Source: Amoebophrya sp. A120 | Lineage: Eukaryota > Protista > Dinoflagellata | NCBI GenBank assembly: GCA_905178155.1 | Contig: CAJINV010000011.1 | Span: 829,982-893,981, forward strand | DNA: 64,000 bases | Direction: 5' to 3' | Shown here: positions 58,501 to 64,000 of the stretch, piece by piece | How the letters are laid out: each line of letters begins with the position of its first letter | Numbering within the stretch: position 1 is the stretch's first letter | The notes under the pieces: model-generated | Databases searched by the model: none | Told to the model about the DNA's origin: nothing | Seen by the model: the letters and a program-made list of their open reading frames with translations, nothing else | Program-made: the position numbers and the translations under genes

Positions 58501-61500
58501 CGACCGGGAAGAAAATTAGTTCGTTGAGCAAATCGGACAAGTTTTTCGAAGTGGAGAAGAAGGTCCGGAAGGGTTTGCAGTCCGCCTGGGATGAACAAGG
58601 AGGAAAAAGCAGTAGTAAAGCCGGCGGATGCTTTCGCTCCTGTGGCAGTGTGTTGCCATCGAGTGAGATTTTTCGAGCTTTGTCCTCCGCCAGTTCTAGT
58701 TCAGCGTCAACATCATCTTCCTCGTCGTCAACTAGCAGTACAGATTCCACAAGTACCTCCGCACCAAAGAAGTTTCAGCGCATGCAGATTGTGGAGGAGA
58801 GCGACTCGGACGAAGATTCTGACGACGAAGCGAAGAAGAAGGACGAAAATATTAAACCCAAAACCAGTAGTACCGCCAAGCCGGAGGCGGAACCGGCAAA
58901 GCCGGCGCCAGGCTTCTATCCAGTGCAAAAGTAGCGTACTAGTATAAATCGCATTACAAATCAGCGCAACATTACAAATCAAATCTGCAATGCTGTTTTA
59001 CCTTAGGAGAGATGAGAGATTTGTCATGCATAACCGCAATTACTTACTAGTACTACGAGTACGATACTTTTGCAGTTCATAGCTTCCAGCGGATGCAGAT
59101 CACCGAAGACTCGTCCAGTGAAGAGTCAGAGGACGAGACGGAGGAAAAGAAAGTAAAACCCGCAGGAGCTGCTCCTGCAGCCCCCGCCACTGCAACTGCT
59201 GCAACAACCTCCGCCCCGGCTTTCCAGCGCATGCAAATCGCGGAAGTCAGCGACAGTGAGGACGAGGAGGACGAGGAACCGAACAACCAGGAAGCAATGT
59301 CGCCGCCGAGCACCGAAGAAGAGTACAGCACGACGACGTCCGAGTCGATTGTCATCGTCGATTATGCATTTTTGCAAATAAGTATCGTACTAGTCGAAGT
59401 CGCATGACAAATTTCCGTAGGATGAGAAATGCAACTTGTAATGCTGCTTAACCTTAAGACTAGGATTTGTTAATATGCATGCCTACAATTAAACATAGAG
59501 TTAGAGCGCGATACTTTTCCAATTCATATCGATCCGGCGGAGGTGCAAAGCAGCGATGGTGGCGCGGAGAACCTTGGCGAACAAGAGGAAGAGCCCCAGT
59601 ATGTCAAGGTGAACGACGAGATGTACCGAAAGTTGCCCGTGATGAGCTGCTCTACCGCAGCTTCCACCTCCGCAGAAGCCGCGGAAGCCGCAGCAGCGCC
59701 CTCGGTCTCCCTTGGAAAACAAGGTACAGCAACCGGCCGCGACGAGGATCCTTACCCGGACTTCAAGGTCGTTCCGACGGCGAAAGGGGTGGAAACCGGG
59801 AAGACGATCGGAAATGCGCTGTTCAAACAGGGCGAATTTGAGGAGGCGAGGAAAGTTTTTGAAAAGTGTGTCTTCACGATGACGAAAGGGAATAAAGATG
59901 AAACGTTATCACCCGAGTCGGCGGTCCAGGCTTCGATGCTTCTTTCCAACGCGGTAGGGATTGCCAAAATGTCTGGGTCTGGAACGAAGCAACTTCTCAT
60001 GCTAAATCTGAATCATGTATGAAATCTGTGTTGCATGATTGCCAAAAGCTGCCCACTTGTGACCTAATCGAGAGGCAGTTTCTCATGCAGGATAGGCATG
60101 ATAGAGCGCTCACAGAATCTGTCATGCGATGTCCTACATGCCAGACCTCATGAGTCCTGGAAAACCTGCATGACAAGTTTGGCATTCTTCCAGACCCAGA
60201 CATTTTTACATTTGATACGCGGCCTTTACGGCCTTGAAAATGAAGGACTACAGCTACGCCAACAAGGTCGCCACCTATCAACCGCAAATGGGTCTGGGTC
60301 TGGAAGATTTTTGCGAGATTTGTTGTGCTAACCTGGCATGATCCTGAGTTCTGTATTGCGTGTCCACGAAGAGGAGCTCCTCTTGCCTGTCATGCAGAAA
60401 CGCAGTTTCTCATGCAGCACACGCAACACGTGGGCGCGAAAAAATCTGTCATGCTTGGCGGTGCCTTGCAGTGTGCTTTCACTTTACTGAATTGCATTAC
60501 AACTTTTCAGACCTCCCACACATATTTGCAGTGCATACCACCGACGCCTTACTCTTTGACGACACCAACACAAAGGCGCGGTACCGGCGCGCGCAGGCAC
60601 GGTACGAACTGGGCGAATTTTCCGCCGGCTTGGAGGACTGCGAGGTGGCGATGAGGTGCTGCGCCGAAGCGGCGGGGCTGCAGGAACTGTTGGCGAAATT
60701 CCGCTATGAAATGCAAAAAATGTCTGGGTCTGGAAGAATGCAGACTTGTCATGCATTTTTTCCATGCCCCATGAGGTCTGGAATGCAGGACCTAGCATGA
60801 CAGATTCTGCGACGTCTCTATACTGCCTATCCTGCATGAGAAACTCCCTGCATGAGAAACTCCCGCTCAGCCGGGTGGTAGCTAGGAAGTGGATCGGGTA
60901 TCCACCTAGGGGTACCGGCAGAGGCTAAATCTGTACTAACGCCCAGGTATTGGCAGAGGCTAAATCTGTTCTAACGCCGACCCGCCAGGAGTCAAATGGT
61001 GCTACTACTATGTTGGTCAAAATAGGACAACTTTCGGCGATCACGCAACACAGATTTTTGTGTGACCCACAGGACGTATCACAAATTCCATCCTCCCAGA
61101 CCCAGACATTTTTGCATTTGATATCCGCGAGAAAGTGCCGGAGTTCGAGCCCGTGGAGCCGGGTTTCACGCGGTTGGAAATCCAGGCGGACTCGGACAGC
61201 GACTCGGATAGCGAGACGAGAAAAGTAGAGACGGGGAAACAGGAGAAGGTATACCACAGAGACAGCGGCTACTTTTTGTGTTTTATGAGTAGATCGAGAT
61301 CTTTTTAAGACCCGATGGGGGACTATTCGTTCGCTACTATTCTTTATTTCACATGTAGATTCACATTCCATGATTTCGCAGCCCGCCGCGGCCGCCAACA
61401 AGTCCGAAGAGCCGGCCAAATTTGCGCCGCCGCAACGGACGACCGCAAGTTCGCCAGCCGACACCCACCTGGAGGAGTTTGAGAAGCTGAAGGCATCCGG

Positions 61501-62518
61501 GAATAAGGCGTTCTCCGAGGGAAAATTGCAGGACGCGGTGGAGAAGTACCAAACCTGCATCTCCTTCGCCACGACCAAGAAGATCGAATCGTCGAAAATC
61601 GCCGTGCTGTACACGAACCGGGCCATTGCCAACTACAAGTTGGAAAAGTACGAGGAGTGCGAACGCGACGCCGCGCAATCTTTGGAGCTAAACAACGCGG
61701 CCTCTTCCACCGGTGCCACGCCCTCTGACCCGAAGGTGCGCGAGGCGGTGAAAAAAGCGGTGTTCAAACGATCGCAATCCCGGCTGAAATTAGGGAGAGA
61801 ACTATCTGACGCTTTGCGGGACATCAACCGCGTTTTGGAATACCCGGGGAACAAAAACGATTTTATCGACGACGCAGAGAAGTTGAAACGGGAAATTCTG
61901 AACAAAATGGTCGAGAAGAAACGGGAGCAAGAGGCCGAAAAACTGGCTTCGAAAGCGGCAGTGTCCTCGAGTAGCATCAATACTGGCGGGGCCGCGTCAA
62001 GTACAGCAGGACCGGCTACCAGTCCCGCGACCGCAACAGGAGCTGCTGCGTCCTCACCCCTCACGCCCGGCGGTACAGCAGTGTCGCAGCAGGTGAAGAA
62101 GCACAGTTTCAAGACGCCGGTGAACGCATATGATTTTCAGCGGACGATGATGTCTCTCCGTAACTACCCGATCGCGCACGTGAGGCACTACTTGGTCAAC
62201 TTCGTTCCGGCAAAAATTGTGCCGGGCATTTTCAAAAAGTCAAGTATCGAAACCGACCACCTGAGCTTAGTCGTGAAGGCGCTGGTCACGAAAAATTGTG
62301 CGGAGGAAGGAACTACAGGCTTAGCAGCTGCGAGTAGTGAGGAGAGCGAGTTTGTTGATTACGACTTTCTCTTCGCTCTCGGGAAGACGCACATGGCGTA
62401 CCTGCAGTTCACCATGCTGTCCGATGAGGAACTGAAGTGGGTGTCGCAGATTCTGGACAAAGTCCCGGCGGACCGCAGTGCGGAGGTGGAAGGATTCAAA
62501 AAGATGGCGAAGATGTGA
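55551..62518 (+). CDS. SPAG1: SPAG1/RPAP3-family TPR co-chaperone (R2TP-like, dynein arm assembly), ~1,335 aa; join 55551-55670,55817-55878,56070-56197,56374-56658,56921-56987,57314-57355,57529-57622,57876-58916,59087-59362,59534-59954,60223-60275,60543-60704,61129-61248,61382-62518
   Basis: SPAG1-like N-terminus (IDF..VE.......YL.LL...G.MY.EL...C...L..LNP), DYY.NWD.VDVDK, three TPR domains (EKEKGNESF, GNALFKQG, LKASGNKAF), RPAP3_C-like end (PVNAYDFQR...MLSDEE); spliced 4,008 nt in frame. Confidence 0.82.
55671..55811. mobile_element. Introner, family D
   Basis: TIR; DR ATGGG. Confidence 0.9.
56659..56915. mobile_element. Introner, family A (right end ACA instead of ATA)
   Basis: TIR; DR GGAGA. 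Confidence 0.88.
56988..57308. mobile_element. Introner, family C
   Basis: TIR; DR AAGGG; interrupts the TPR motif EKEKG|NESF. Confidence 0.93.
57623..57870. mobile_element. Introner, family A (partial deletion in left TIR)
   Basis: TIR; DR AGGAT. Confidence 0.9.
58917..59081. mobile_element. Introner, family D
   Basis: TIR; DR GCTTC. Confidence 0.9.
59363..59528. mobile_element. Introner, family D
   Basis: TIR; DR TCGAT. Confidence 0.9.
59955..60217. mobile_element. Introner, family A (left end TAG instead of TAT)
   Basis: TIR; DR CGCGG. Confidence 0.88.
60276..60537. mobile_element. Introner, family A, diverged
   Basis: TIR; DR CCACC. Confidence 0.88.
60705..61123. mobile_element. Introner, family A with ~160-bp internal insertion
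   Basis: TIR; DR TCCGC; 419 bp. Confidence 0.9.
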
Positions 62519-63128
62519 AGACAATAAAGCGTTTTTAGATCATACAACTGGCAAGATCGTGTTGAATATTCTTTGTCGTCATGAACAATGATGCAACAGG
62601 AGCAGGCAGAGACTCTATCCATTGCTAATTCGAATTGCATGAGTAGTGTGTTGTTCTTTGATGAAATCTTAATATCGATTCTAAATTCAGAAGAATTTTT
62701 ATTTTCGTGTGGTTTTTTATGTAGAACAAGCCTTTTTGTGCTTTTTTCTTGATGCGATGAAATTTAAATTTTTACTTGCTTGAACAGTGAATGTGAAATA
62801 AAGTAGTCCTGCTCGTCTACTTTCTTGACATAGTGCGCCGCTTTGTTGCAGCGCTGGGGGAAAAACAATGATTATTGAATTTTCGTGAATGTACACTGCG
62901 GAAAGTTCTCTACTTACATCATACCTACGAAGAGCCACGAATAGAACCGGAAAGTGCAGCTGCGTCGTCTCTTGTGTTTCCAAGTTTGCTCTTGATACCA
63001 TCGGGTCGTCGGTAAGCCTAAACCTGCATTTTCCATTCAGCCACTGTTTCTTATTCTTTGTGGTAGTCCTCGTGCTCGTGCGCGCCTCCAAGGGGTTTTT
63101 AAGTCTTGGGGCCCTTTTTCCGTGGTCG

Positions 63129-64000
63129 TCAGAAGTGCCTTCGTAAAAAAAAAGTCAACTCTGCCGCTTTGCGGTTCGTACTTCCAAGGTTAGGTCGTAA
63201 GTGCACGTTCATGGCGGTGGTCCTCAGATGATCTTGCACACATTGATTTTGTCGTTGGGTACCCACATGTTGAATTGGGCAATACTTGTCGTACTGGCCG
63301 CGATCTTTCGTTGTAGGGAGTATGTATACGTTGTATCGAAAGACGAGCGGCGGGTCACGCTTTTTGCAAAGTTTATTGGCTTGCAAGTGTCGGTTAAAGA
63401 TCATCTGCAAAGCGGATTTCATTGGGATGTTGGGATTTTTTCGCGCTAGACGTTATGAGTAAGAAGAAGTACGCAATGTTCATCGCAATACAACTTCCAG
63501 TAGTAGCTGCGGGTGTGCTACTTTCTTGTTTCTTTTTGTAAGTATAGTACATCGAACTTTGAAAGAATGGTGCGCACCACGGAGCGATCACTGGGGAACT
63601 GTGACCCCCTGTTTAACCCGAAGCCGCCCTCGAAGCCCGCTTTTGAACTGCCGAGAGATGGTATGAGAGACATTCTTCGTAATGCTTCTGCTTGATGCAT
63701 CGTCGGCAGATTGAGATTCTTCTTCTTGCATGAGGTTGTGAAGTGTTACTTAAGCATAGATAAAAGCACGCACCTGACAAACTCAAACAAACAGAGCTCG
63801 TGGTCGCGCGAAAGGCGCAGCTGGCCCAGAAGGACTGGCGCGCCAACGAACAGGAGATTCCCAGCGCGATTGGCTGGCCGCTGACCTGCACGAAAGAGGA
63901 GAACACACCGCCAAACTGCGAACTGCCACCACCCAAGGACCCACCGTTCAAACGCTTTGCGAGGTTTGACAACAACGGTATAACTGACATAGAGTTTACT
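63129..64000 (-). CDS. Possible 3' part of a minus-strand multi-exon gene, product unknown
   Basis: Several short minus-strand ORFs (63613-63990, 63129-63422) with coding-like composition; structure not resolved. Confidence 0.3.

Noticed and set aside
5342-61123. Recurrent peptides in the ORF track (MQKCLGLEEC, KCKNVWVWK, FQTQTFLHLI, LPDPDIF, KNPPSPY, YGEGGFF) suggesting a protein repeat family
   Set aside because: They are six-frame translations of the family A and C TIRs, not proteins.
1-64000. Dinoflagellate spliced-leader relics, rRNA or tRNA genes
   Set aside because: No convincing match seen by eye (only a short chance AGCCATTTTG at ~18151 inside a CDS). A tRNAscan/Rfam search would be needed to exclude them.

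Overview
Eukaryotic, gene-dense DNA with almost all genes on the + strand. It is most likely a parasitic (syndinian) dinoflagellate of the Amoebophrya type; this is inferred from intron style and protein families, not from a search. The dominant feature is about 29 short (141-419 bp) elements inside coding exons. They have terminal inverted repeats (TIRs) that typically begin TAT and end ATA, are flanked by a 5-bp direct repeat (DR), and lack GT-AG ends. Removing each element plus one DR copy restores the reading frame every time, so they behave as non-canonical 'introner' introns. Two longer related elements are also present. Manual splicing reconstructs a kinesin-3-like protein with degenerate switch motifs, a dinoflagellate-type secreted coiled-coil protein, a class I methyltransferase, a ~2,100-aa protein ending in a toxin-type DxE/PCxxC deaminase domain, a ~2,030-aa TFIIB and a SPAG1/RPAP3-type TPR co-chaperone. 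There are also three intronless putatively secreted orphan genes, a GC-rich island and a 3.3-kb satellite/palindrome island. The most novel points are the deaminase fusion and several rules visible in the introner population: DR mismatches that are either synonymous or create AG, pairing at 45-72 nt, a shared internal GCATGACA-like motif, and 5-bp DR fossils in canonical introns. All gene models are hand-derived and lack transcript evidence.
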